In this document: positions 51,713-59,929 of the stretch, in pieces
Position numbering within the stretch: the stretch's first letter is position 1
Layout of the letters: each line of letters starts with the position of its first letter
Assembly (NCBI GenBank): GCA_000002435.2
Contig: CM018789.1
Source: Giardia intestinalis
Taxonomy: Eukaryota
Length of the DNA: 64,000 nt
Direction: 5' to 3' (one strand)
Translations under genes and position numbers: made by a program
Notes under the pieces: generated by a model
The model's input: only the letters and a program-made list of their open reading frames with translations
What the model was told of the DNA's origin: nothing
Database searches by the model: none

Positions 51713-52244
51713 CCTCTTCTCATAATCTTGGTCTTCACTAGCTTACCATATTCTGTAACTCGCAGCTCTTGGCGTTTACAAGTGTCGAAGCGGCGAAAGC
51801 GAAAGGAAAAATGAGTCGGCCTACAATCGTACGTAAGGCATTCGTACACGACAGAGCAGCGCATCTTACCTTCTTAGAGCGTTGCATTCTGCGGCACCAG
51901 CCTAGTACGCTTTTGAATCAGCTGCCAAACAAGGCCTTCCCCCCTTATGATCTAATTGATGAGGGGACCCTCCAGACCCTGTTTGAGACCGCATTTTTAC
52001 ACTCTGGGCAAATACCAACAGAGATCTCGGCGCTATACCGGCTATATTTTGGTCCCAGGTCCGGAGTATGTGCATCGAGCAGCAGAAGCACTTAAGTTGA
52101 GAAAAGTTGAAAAGCCTTCGCGATGAGGGTTACCGGACTTTCACTGCGACACAAGAGTTTATCTGAATGCACGCTTTTGATGCCACCGTCGTACAGCGTC
52201 TTCTTTGAGAAGTTTAAAAAACGATTAAATAATTGCACTACACC

Positions 52245-53096
52245 ATGCAACGGCGAAATGCGCGACAACGACAAGAGTTCCTCTATCGCAAGCAACTGCA
52301 AGCATCGGAAGCTGCTTCATATACTCACAAAGAACAGCTACAGAAGGCATTGGAGACTGGCAAGAGCATTCCAGATCACCTGCGGGCAGACGCTATTAAC
52401 CTCGCCGAGCACATGCTCTTCGACGACGTGACCACCAAGGTAAAAGGGCTGGACGATGATGAGTATGCGAACGCAAAGGTTCCAAAGCTTCTTCTCACCA
52501 CAAGCAGGAACCCTAGTAGTAGGCTCCGCAACTTTGCTAAGGAGCTGCGATATTTATTCCCTAATACACAACGTGTTAACCGCGGCCGGCACGTCATCTC
52601 CGAATTAGTAGATGTTGCCAGATCCAGCGGTTTCACAGATCTTCTAATACTACATGAGACGCGTGGGAACCCGGACGGGCTTGTACTTTCCCACCTTCCT
52701 TATGGCCCAACAGCATATTTTACTCTGTCAAATGTGGTGCTAAGAAGCGAGACAAACTCGGATGAGACTGTTCCAGAGCATGCTCCCCATCTGATTTTCG
52801 AGGGCATGCACAGCAAGCTGGGTGCACGGTTGACTCAAATACTTAAGCACCTCTTTCCGACCGGAGGCAAGTCTGCCAAGCGTGTTTGTTCATTCATAAA
52901 CAGGCAGGACTCCATAGTGTTTCGCAATCATGTGTACCGGAAGGTAGGTCCGGAAGTCGTGCTAAAGGAGATTGGGCCGCGATTTTGCTTGCACCCTTAC
53001 ATGATCCGCCTGGATACGATGGAGTCCACTGCTGGCGAGACTGAGTGGCGCTTGCACAACTTTACTAACACTGCACACTTAAAACAACACTTGTGA
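52245..53096 (+). CDS. IMP4: U3 snoRNP protein IMP4 (Brix-domain ribosome biogenesis factor), ~283 aa
   Basis: The ORF track starts at an upstream TTG (52233); the first ATG gives MQRRNARQRQEFLYRKQLQ…, which matches the IMP4 N-terminus (MLRR.AR.RREYLYRK…). Further matches: …TTSRNPSSRLRNFAKELRYLFPNTQRVNRGRH…, LSHLPYGPTAYFTLSNVVLR, EIGPRFCLHPYMIRLDT (cf. EVGPRFELKLYMIRLGT). Confidence 0.88.
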   Translation: MQRRNARQRQEFLYRKQLQASEAASYTHKEQLQKALETGKSIPDHLRADAINLAEHMLFDDVTTKVKGLDDDEYANAKVPKLLLTTSRNPSSRLRNFAKELRYLFPNTQRVNRGRHVISELVDVARSSGFTDLLILHETRGNPDGLVLSHLPYGPTAYFTLSNVVLRSETNSDETVPEHAPHLIFEGMHSKLGARLTQILKHLFPTGGKSAKRVCSFINRQDSIVFRNHVYRKVGPEVVLKEIGPRFCLHPYMIRLDTMESTAGETEWRLHNFTNTAHLKQHL

Positions 53097-53331
53097 ATCC
53101 CAAGATTGCTTTTCTTTTCTAGGATTCTCAAAAGAGCGTGGATTGTTACTGAGATATGTTGTTAAGATATGCCGACTAAAGTATCAGGGCATGCTCGAGT
53201 TCTACTGGGTTGGTGAAAGGAGAGGGAAAGGAGAAGGAAAGAAGAGAAGGGCACTAGCAAAGCACGAATGAGACTGGACAAGCAGCCTCCAAAAAAAGGC
53301 TTTTGGTCAAAGTTTTGATTTTCAGGACCTC

Positions 53332-54783
53332 ATGACTAATGCATCTCTTCTTGAAGAGTGGTTTTCGGCTATTAAGACAGGAAACGTCGATGCAGTGAAG
53401 CACCTTTTGGAGAAGTGCGCAGGAAGCTTCTGGAGCGACGGACAGACAGGACTAATGAGAGCCGTACTTTCTAACAATGAGGAAATTGCCACTTTGCTGC
53501 TCCCATACGAGAAGCATCGCTTCTGTTACAGAGGATACACTGCGCTCATGTGGGCAGTGTACACAAATAGCGCCCACTTTACTAAGCTTCTCGTGGAGGA
53601 GGAGGGTGGCGACCAGAATGAATGGGGCGCCACGGCCCTCATGTACGCTGTTCTGTTCAATAGAGAAGAGCTCATTCCACTGCTCATTGAAAAGGAAGCA
53701 AAGAAGGGCCTTACGAGAAACTTCTTTGGAGAGCTACCCTCCTATGAGGACGGTATCATACCTCACTGTATAGGCAAGACTGCCCTCATGCTCGCCGCAG
53801 AAGCAGGCCTCCTGGGTGCAGTGAAGCTTCTGTTAGACAGTGAGAAGGATTGCGTTTCTTCACAAAACAAGACCGCTGCAGACTACGCTTTGGAAGCCGG
53901 CAGAAAAGATATTTACACGTTTCTTATTGAGGAGGGCGAGATGGAAGAGCCCGCAGACGCTAACGATCCAGCAAAGTTGAGAACCACTTACGATCACGAC
54001 GCTAATAGGGGGTTTGGCAACCTTTCCCTATTCTGTACTCCGCGAAGCGAAGAGATAGTCTACCGACACCCTATCACGTGGTCTTTAGATGACATATCTT
54101 ATATGTTTGAAAAAGCGGTTAAGGTGCAGAACAAGCTCTTCACCAACAGGCTGCTTCTTTTACTCTCTCTAGATGCGGAGGTTGTAAAACGTGCAAACAA
54201 TTTTGCAATGGAAAACAAGACGGCCAATGCACGCCAATACCGTCTTCTTTTATTTGGACTTACCACTTGTGGAACAATCTCCACACTGCGGCGTTTCCTC
54301 TTGGATTTAGCGGACCCATACTTTTCCACATATCTACTCACTGACAAGACAGACCCGGATTTTAGGGATGCAAGGCACCTGGTAGATTTACTGGAGACAT
54401 ACCTGGTCGAGTTTCTAGCTGCCCCGGGCTTCACCCCCGAGCTAGCGAGCAGTCTCTTTGACTCTTTCTTTGATGACCTGAGCACGATAGGGTGCCTGGA
54501 GCACTTAGAGACTTACCAACTCTGTGTTGTTTGCATGGACAGGTTGTCAGATTGCGTTCTAATGCCTTGTAGACACGTTTCTTTCTGTAAGCAGTGTATC
54601 CCCGAGCTGAATACCAAGCGGGAGTGCCCAATTTGCAGATCAGAAATTACATCCTATTTCCAAGTCAATGCACCCTACGACTTTTACGCCACGGATGCTA
54701 CCCGTCGAAGATTGGAAGAACTGGATGCGCAGTATGCAAGGCAGTTAGCCCAGGAAGAATATGAAGTCATGGAGAATCTGTAA
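53332..54783 (+). CDS. ankyrin-repeat protein with C-terminal C3HC4 RING finger (putative E3 ubiquitin ligase), 483 aa
   Basis: ATG verified at 53332. The N-terminus (LEEWFSAIKTGNVDAVKHLLEK…GQTGLMRAV…GYTALMWAV…GATALMYAV…GKTALMLAA) is the same Giardia-type ankyrin head as in the coiled-coil paralogs. The C-terminus CVVCMDRLSDCVLMPCRHVSFCKQCIPELNTKRECPICR is a RING-HC finger. Confidence 0.75.
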   Translation: MTNASLLEEWFSAIKTGNVDAVKHLLEKCAGSFWSDGQTGLMRAVLSNNEEIATLLLPYEKHRFCYRGYTALMWAVYTNSAHFTKLLVEEEGGDQNEWGATALMYAVLFNREELIPLLIEKEAKKGLTRNFFGELPSYEDGIIPHCIGKTALMLAAEAGLLGAVKLLLDSEKDCVSSQNKTAADYALEAGRKDIYTFLIEEGEMEEPADANDPAKLRTTYDHDANRGFGNLSLFCTPRSEEIVYRHPITWSLDDISYMFEKAVKVQNKLFTNRLLLLLSLDAEVVKRANNFAMENKTANARQYRLLLFGLTTCGTISTLRRFLLDLADPYFSTYLLTDKTDPDFRDARHLVDLLETYLVEFLAAPGFTPELASSLFDSFFDDLSTIGCLEHLETYQLCVVCMDRLSDCVLMPCRHVSFCKQCIPELNTKRECPICRSEITSYFQVNAPYDFYATDATRRRLEELDAQYARQLAQEEYEVMENL

Positions 54784-54840
54784 CATAGGCAATAAGTAAA
54801 GCGTAGGTGACGAGTCACCAAAAGCTAAATTTAGTTTTTG

Positions 54841-55584
54841 ATGTCGACCATTCGCTCACAGTCCCCCGTTCAGACGCGGATCCGGTCCCTGGCAGACAAG
54901 CTCAATGGCATGCAGTCGGGACTTCATGACGCGAACAGACGTGAGCACTTAGAAACAAAGGCGTTGGAGTTATCTGAGCGTGTTGTGCGTTCGGAGCAAA
55001 AGGAGCAGCAACAATTCTTACTAATCAAGGAGAAGCTCAAAGACTTTCAGGGAGCACTTAAAATAGAGCAGGAAGCCCGGTTGGCTGTCGAAGATCAGCT
55101 TGGAAAGCAAATTGCTGCCCTAGAGCAAAAGCTCAAGATGGAAATAGGCGTAAACGTCAGATCACGTCTCGATGAGGAACAGGCCTTTAACACCAGACTT
55201 ACAGAGCACATGAAAACCACATATGCCGCCGTAGAGCAGCAGAACGAGATCCGTGAACAACAGAACGCTGCACAGGTCTCTCAGCTAGCAACCAGCCTGC
55301 AGACAGTAGCTGCAAAGATAGACGAGTGTCGTGCTTCGCGCGAGCGAGAAATTGCCAAGCTTCAGCAGACATTCACCTCAGAGCTCCAGGCGCTGACTGA
55401 GCAGATTGCCGCCGAGGAGAAACAGCGGCAGGAGATGGAAGCAGGACTCTATAGTGCTCTGGAAGAGGCTTGCAAGAAGCTCCAGGACAAGATCGTGCGA
55501 GAACGAGAGGCTAGGGAAAAGACACATGAGAGCATTCTCAACTTGCTCGACGACGTATGCGGAAAGGTCGAGCAATATGTGTAA
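54841..55584 (+). CDS. short coiled-coil protein (~247 aa), possibly SF-assemblin/β-giardin-family striated-fibre protein
   Basis: The ORF track starts at TTG 54838; the ATG is at 54841. It has a short non-helical head followed by ~29-residue-periodic heptad rod. The length and C-terminal pattern (…ESILNLLDDVCGKVEQYV cf. β-giardin …KIVNTLEDVVSKIQGGL) resemble the SF-assemblin family. Pattern-level only. Confidence 0.4.
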   Translation: MSTIRSQSPVQTRIRSLADKLNGMQSGLHDANRREHLETKALELSERVVRSEQKEQQQFLLIKEKLKDFQGALKIEQEARLAVEDQLGKQIAALEQKLKMEIGVNVRSRLDEEQAFNTRLTEHMKTTYAAVEQQNEIREQQNAAQVSQLATSLQTVAAKIDECRASREREIAKLQQTFTSELQALTEQIAAEEKQRQEMEAGLYSALEEACKKLQDKIVREREAREKTHESILNLLDDVCGKVEQYV

Positions 55585-55624
55585 CAGCAAGAATAAACCA
55601 TGCAATCGTAGGTTTACAGGGTTT

Positions 55625-56650
55625 CTAGTTAGCATCCTTCTCTTCGTCTCCGTCTCCGTCACTGTCCCCTACCCCCGCATCGCAACCGCTGCCAGTGAGA
55701 GTTGTGGGCGCAAAGTATCCCAAGGAAACCTTGTCGGAAAGAAACTGTTTGTGATCTATGCCAATGGGAGTGGGGTCGTGCGGAGAAAACTTGTCACCAT
55801 CAGGCTTGAGGTGAAGAGGGTCGGCCATGTCTAAACCGACACTCAAGGGAGCCGGAATACCAGGCTGGATCAGTTGCATAGTGTTTGGAAATGGTGTGGG
55901 AGAGATTCCAAGGTTGCCAAGATTGCCAATGTTGCCAATGTTCAGCAAGGAAGTCGACGAAGGGCCTATCGCCATGTTCAAGGGTCCAGGCACGATCCCC
56001 TGTCCGCTGATATTTGGGCCGTGAAGAAGCGAAGGGGAACCCACATAGTCTGTCTTCTTTGACCTCGACGCGTCAGACATGGTGCCACTCGGCACAGCAC
56101 TATAGGCTGTAGAGGAGGCCGGTGTCCTCGAGTGATTAGGAGAGGTATCTGTCATCGAGTTGGCTGTCGACGACCCGCGGTGCTTAGACAACTTTTCAAC
56201 GTAAAAGTTGCATTCCTCCATGAGGGACTTGGCTTCTCTACTGTTGAGATAATTGGTGACATGGCAGGAAACCTCTAGCGTGTGGTAGGTTGTGCTTAGC
56301 CTATTGTAGATGCTCTTCCGGAACTCTTTATCTATCGGTATGTTATTCTGTATGGCGTTCCTGATGGAAGTCTTGATAATATCCTTGTCCTCGGCAGACA
56401 TGCGCGGTCCCAGAGTTTTATTTGACCATGTGTTAAAGTACCAGGTGTAGACTTTCCCCTTGTCCATTCGGAGGCGCGCGGCGATGGTGTGCCAGTCTAT
56501 CTTAACTTGGCGGATATACTTATCGAGCAGCTGAGGATCTGCCAAAAGATCTTGGATCGACGGATGCTCATCGTGGGATTCCTCCACCGCGCGGGCTAAC
56601 TCCTGAAGGATCCCCTTTCCTTCGGTTTCAGTTATTGGTTTGCCCCTCAT
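55625..56650 (-). CDS. hypothetical protein (341 aa), possible Myb/SANT-like helix near N-terminus, GN[IL]GNLG repeats and acidic DSDGDGDEE tail
   Basis: ATG verified at 56648-56650 (minus). …KIDWHTIAARLRMDKGKVYTWYFNTW resembles the W-spaced third helix region of Myb/SANT. Weak. Confidence 0.4.
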   Translation of the reverse strand: MRGKPITETEGKGILQELARAVEESHDEHPSIQDLLADPQLLDKYIRQVKIDWHTIAARLRMDKGKVYTWYFNTWSNKTLGPRMSAEDKDIIKTSIRNAIQNNIPIDKEFRKSIYNRLSTTYHTLEVSCHVTNYLNSREAKSLMEECNFYVEKLSKHRGSSTANSMTDTSPNHSRTPASSTAYSAVPSGTMSDASRSKKTDYVGSPSLLHGPNISGQGIVPGPLNMAIGPSSTSLLNIGNIGNLGNLGISPTPFPNTMQLIQPGIPAPLSVGLDMADPLHLKPDGDKFSPHDPTPIGIDHKQFLSDKVSLGYFAPTTLTGSGCDAGVGDSDGDGDEEKDAN

Positions 56651-56709
56651 TTTTTGACTTTTTTGAACTGTTAAGTTTTTATTTTTTAATTCTGCTTTTA
56701 ATAGATTTC

Positions 56710-57171
56710 ATGAATTGTTGCCGTAGCGAGCGCGCCACTGGTGCGCGACCCAAAGGGAAGTACGACGACTTTTTTCAAGAGATACTAGCGCAGATACCAA
56801 ACACAACGTACACTGCGTTGTATGACAGAGCAAGCAACTCCTTGGTCGCAGAATCGTATTTCTGCGGACGCAGAGACGAGCGATTTGCCGATCAAGCGTC
56901 TCATGTTCGCTATAACGTTGAGCCCCTGATAGGCCTCCTGCACCGTACAAAGGACATCGGTGGGCCCACAAGCGAAGCAACAGAGCCGTCTGTGCTGCTG
57001 CTAACCACGTCCATGGGCCATGTGTTCTGCGTCTTAGCTGTTCCCTGCCAGCATTCTCTCATAGTCGCCACTTTATTTGACCCTTCAGACGCCAGCGAAA
57101 TAACTGGCGCAATCTTCGAGCTCCGCTTGAGGAGCATAATTGGGAAGATTGGAGCCGCAATTGCGAGCTAA
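56710..57171 (+). CDS. small hypothetical protein (~153 aa), possibly roadblock/LC7 (MglB/LAMTOR2-like) fold
   Basis: The ATG at 56710 is the first Met after the upstream TTG-initiated frame. The alternating hydrophobic pattern (…TALYDRASNSLVAES…SVLLLTTSMGHVFCVLAVPCQHSLIVATLFD…ITGAIFELRLRSIIGKIGAAIAS) is compatible with an α-β-β-α-β roadblock domain. Speculative. Confidence 0.3.
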   Translation: MNCCRSERATGARPKGKYDDFFQEILAQIPNTTYTALYDRASNSLVAESYFCGRRDERFADQASHVRYNVEPLIGLLHRTKDIGGPTSEATEPSVLLLTTSMGHVFCVLAVPCQHSLIVATLFDPSDASEITGAIFELRLRSIIGKIGAAIAS

Positions 57172-57203
57172 AGTTACTAGTTATTTAAAAGTATCACGAC
57201 TAC

Positions 57204-58727
57204 TTATTTACCAACCATTGTGCGGAGAAAGGAGAGAGTACACATAATGGCGAAGAGGTTAATAGACAGTGGCCGTAACTTCTTCCACAGCATCTCCTTA
57301 GTGTCATAGCCCCATATTGTAGTGAAAGGGGTCGAGATGCCTTCGTTGGTGGACAGCCCGGTGGAGACACACCCGCCGTTGCGAGGGTGAATGTCCAATG
57401 CTCCCGAGTAGGTCGTGTTGCTTATAGCACCTGTGAACGGGACATGTACCTGTACATTAGTAGCGCCAGATGGTGGATAGATGCAAAGAGAAAAGGAATC
57501 ATAGTAAGCGTGTAAGATTTTGGGGCCAGATGGGAGTACGAGCCCATATGTATCCCGCTCCAGTCTTTTGGGCAGGGCCTCTGCGCTGCTCTTATCTAGA
57601 CTGACTAGATTGTTACATTTATATTTCAGTGTGAATTTAGTTTGGCTGTCTCCTGCAACTGCAAATCTGGGCTTGACCTTGAGAAGGGTCCTTGTTTGCT
57701 CTCCAAACCTCTGTCTCAACTTGCGCATACTCTCCGTGTCTATTTCTATAGTGTCTATCTTCCCTATGCGGTCATAATACGATATATCATCTAGCTCTAC
57801 CTCACAGGGTAGCTCTATCACAAAGAAGGCTGGTATTGTCATATCGTAGTGCTGACGCATTAGTATATTTTTATTAGAAAAGTGCTTGTCGCTGCTCCGG
57901 GGATTGATATTACGAATAACAAAATCGTCCGTGATTGTCACAAATCCACTCATAGTTGTCTTTGTTTTGATGTTTGGGCCATTGATTATTACTGTTCGTA
58001 CCGCACTTACGGCAAATTGGTACGCATTACTGTAGTACGTCATATCTATTAAAGTGCAAGTGTGCTCGGGACCATACGCAATTTGATCTATGGAAATCTG
58101 GGTGGTTGTCTCTGTGGTGGACACCCGGTACCCTCGAAAATCCGTATCTAATGATGAAAACTTGGTCTTCCTGGAGTTGAAATTAAAGGAGGTCTTCTGC
58201 TTGCTACATGGGTAGAAGGAAGGAAGCTCAACACATGTAGTAAATTTAAGCGTGGCTAGATGGTGCATCTGATTGACATCGTTATTGTCACGAAGGGTGC
58301 TCAAGACCTCTTCGCTGAGAGTTGGCGTGGATACCACGTTAAGTATTTCACCGCCGATAGGATAGACGATGTATATGTGGAGATAGAAGTCCTCGGGAAT
58401 TGCTCCAGTCCACCCATCGCTCCGACCATTAATAAGGTGCACCTTAATCCCGGTTTTATTGTAGCCTTCATTGAACAGGTCCACGGAGAGCAGGGGGCCG
58501 GACGTATCCTTTCCATAAAATGCTTTTATTAGCCCAATTCTTTCCATCAGTGCTGCATTCAATCCGTAGATAAAAGCTTCATCAGGCTCTGATTTAACCA
58601 GTTTGACTTGCAGTGTGGCCTGCTCGACAACCTCGGTAGAATCACCTATTGTGTATGTTCGAATAAGGTCCTTGATCTGATATGAGCCCAGAGACAAGGA
58701 TAGAAGCGCAAGGATTAACACAGCCAT
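57204..58727 (-). CDS. type-I membrane protein, hypothetical (~507 aa): N-terminal signal peptide, large ectodomain, single C-terminal TM
   Basis: The ORF track starts at TTG 58730; the ATG is at 58725-58727 (MAVLILALLSLSLGSYQ signal peptide). The C-terminus (…LRPLSINLFAIMCTLSFLRTMVGK) is a TM helix with a short basic tail. Confidence 0.5.
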   Translation of the reverse strand: MAVLILALLSLSLGSYQIKDLIRTYTIGDSTEVVEQATLQVKLVKSEPDEAFIYGLNAALMERIGLIKAFYGKDTSGPLLSVDLFNEGYNKTGIKVHLINGRSDGWTGAIPEDFYLHIYIVYPIGGEILNVVSTPTLSEEVLSTLRDNNDVNQMHHLATLKFTTCVELPSFYPCSKQKTSFNFNSRKTKFSSLDTDFRGYRVSTTETTTQISIDQIAYGPEHTCTLIDMTYYSNAYQFAVSAVRTVIINGPNIKTKTTMSGFVTITDDFVIRNINPRSSDKHFSNKNILMRQHYDMTIPAFFVIELPCEVELDDISYYDRIGKIDTIEIDTESMRKLRQRFGEQTRTLLKVKPRFAVAGDSQTKFTLKYKCNNLVSLDKSSAEALPKRLERDTYGLVLPSGPKILHAYYDSFSLCIYPPSGATNVQVHVPFTGAISNTTYSGALDIHPRNGGCVSTGLSTNEGISTPFTTIWGYDTKEMLWKKLRPLSINLFAIMCTLSFLRTMVGK

Positions 58728-58876
58728 CAATGGGCTCCTTTCCTTTAATTTAATTTACTTTCCCGGTTTACTTTTCTTTGGTTGAATAAATCCTTTCGAG
58801 CTTTCCTGCAGAAGCCTGAAAAGCATCTATTCTTGCTTCTGCCTGTTCGGTCTTAATTGTAGCGAGTAGGTTTTCA

Positions 58877-59911
58877 ATGACACTCATTCAGCTCCCGCAA
58901 GCAAACGCTCTGGTTATCGATCTCGGCATGCACACTGTTCGCATGGGGTTTGCATGTGATCCGTGCCCTACCTGCACAATTGATGTTTCAGCACTATTTC
59001 AAGATAAGGAGCTCTCTGCTTCGACGTTGGCTCATGCGATTTACGATGAGTTTCAGGCTAAGCTTCAACAGTATGTGGCAGAGCCTTTGCCCGTCTTTAT
59101 CGCCATTAATCATGACATCCGTCCATCCTTCATATTCAAACTCCTGGACCATTTTCTTTCCGTCTTTCCTGGAGTTGCGTTCCACTCTGCTATCTCCTGT
59201 GCTGCATATGCAAGTACTCAGACCACTGCCCTCATTGTTGACTGTGGTCACACAGCTACACGCCTCGCCTTGGTTGTAGATGGAGTTATTGCCTCCGTGC
59301 AACCTGTGCCCAACTTTTCTGGAGAACGTCTCTTGAGAGAGTTGCTGAGTGTGATGGATAACAAGCATACTGCGGCTTGTAACTTGCTCAAGACGTCCTG
59401 CGACATATTTACACGCCCAACGTCCGCAGACCTGGCCTCCCTTACGCAGAAAGCATTGAAAGAGCTGTGCACTGTTTCCTTGGAACTACAGAAAGATGAA
59501 GAACTAGCAACTACTACATTTATATATGAGGAAGAGATAAAACTGCCTTGCGGCCACACAATAACCTTAAACCAAGAATTGTTTGGTATAGCAGAAAGCA
59601 TGCTACAACAGTCCAAGCTCAGCACCCTCATACTGACTACGCTGGAGACCCCGTCGATAGGCTACCATCAGTCAAAGGGGAACATCCCTGTCATTATAGT
59701 AGGTGGTCTTGCACGGCTCAGCAATCTTACAAGACGAATACAGCAAGACCTTTCCGGCAAGGCCACTGTGCAGTCGACGGATGATGCCATCAACGCTGTG
59801 TGGCAAGGAGGCGCGTCGTTTGTGGGAATAGAGACCTTAGGGGATTTCCTTATAACAAGGGCACTCCTAGATGAACAGGGGCCTGAAATCTTAATGAAAG
59901 TGATAATGTGA
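58877..59911 (+). CDS. divergent actin-related protein (actin-fold ATPase), 344 aa
   Basis: ATG verified at 58877. Matches to actin: ALVIDLGMHTVRMGFA (cf. ALVVDNGSGMCKAGFA, phosphate-1), AISCAAYASTQTTALIVDCGHTATRLALVVDGV (cf. [35 protein letters not shown], phosphate-2/connect-1), IVGGLARLSNLTRRIQQDL (cf. LSGGTTMYPGIADRMQKEI, adenosine/connect-2), AVWQGGASFVGIETLGDFLITRALLDEQGPEIL (cf. [33 protein letters not shown]). Confidence 0.72.
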   Translation: MTLIQLPQANALVIDLGMHTVRMGFACDPCPTCTIDVSALFQDKELSASTLAHAIYDEFQAKLQQYVAEPLPVFIAINHDIRPSFIFKLLDHFLSVFPGVAFHSAISCAAYASTQTTALIVDCGHTATRLALVVDGVIASVQPVPNFSGERLLRELLSVMDNKHTAACNLLKTSCDIFTRPTSADLASLTQKALKELCTVSLELQKDEELATTTFIYEEEIKLPCGHTITLNQELFGIAESMLQQSKLSTLILTTLETPSIGYHQSKGNIPVIIVGGLARLSNLTRRIQQDLSGKATVQSTDDAINAVWQGGASFVGIETLGDFLITRALLDEQGPEILMKVIM

Positions 59912-59929
59912 CACTCTTACAAAAGACTC

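Noticed and set aside
51769-52095. 108-aa ORF between the hypothetical gene and IMP4
   Set aside because: It could be a small real protein, but there is no recognisable domain and it overlaps the likely IMP4 5' leader. Left uncalled.
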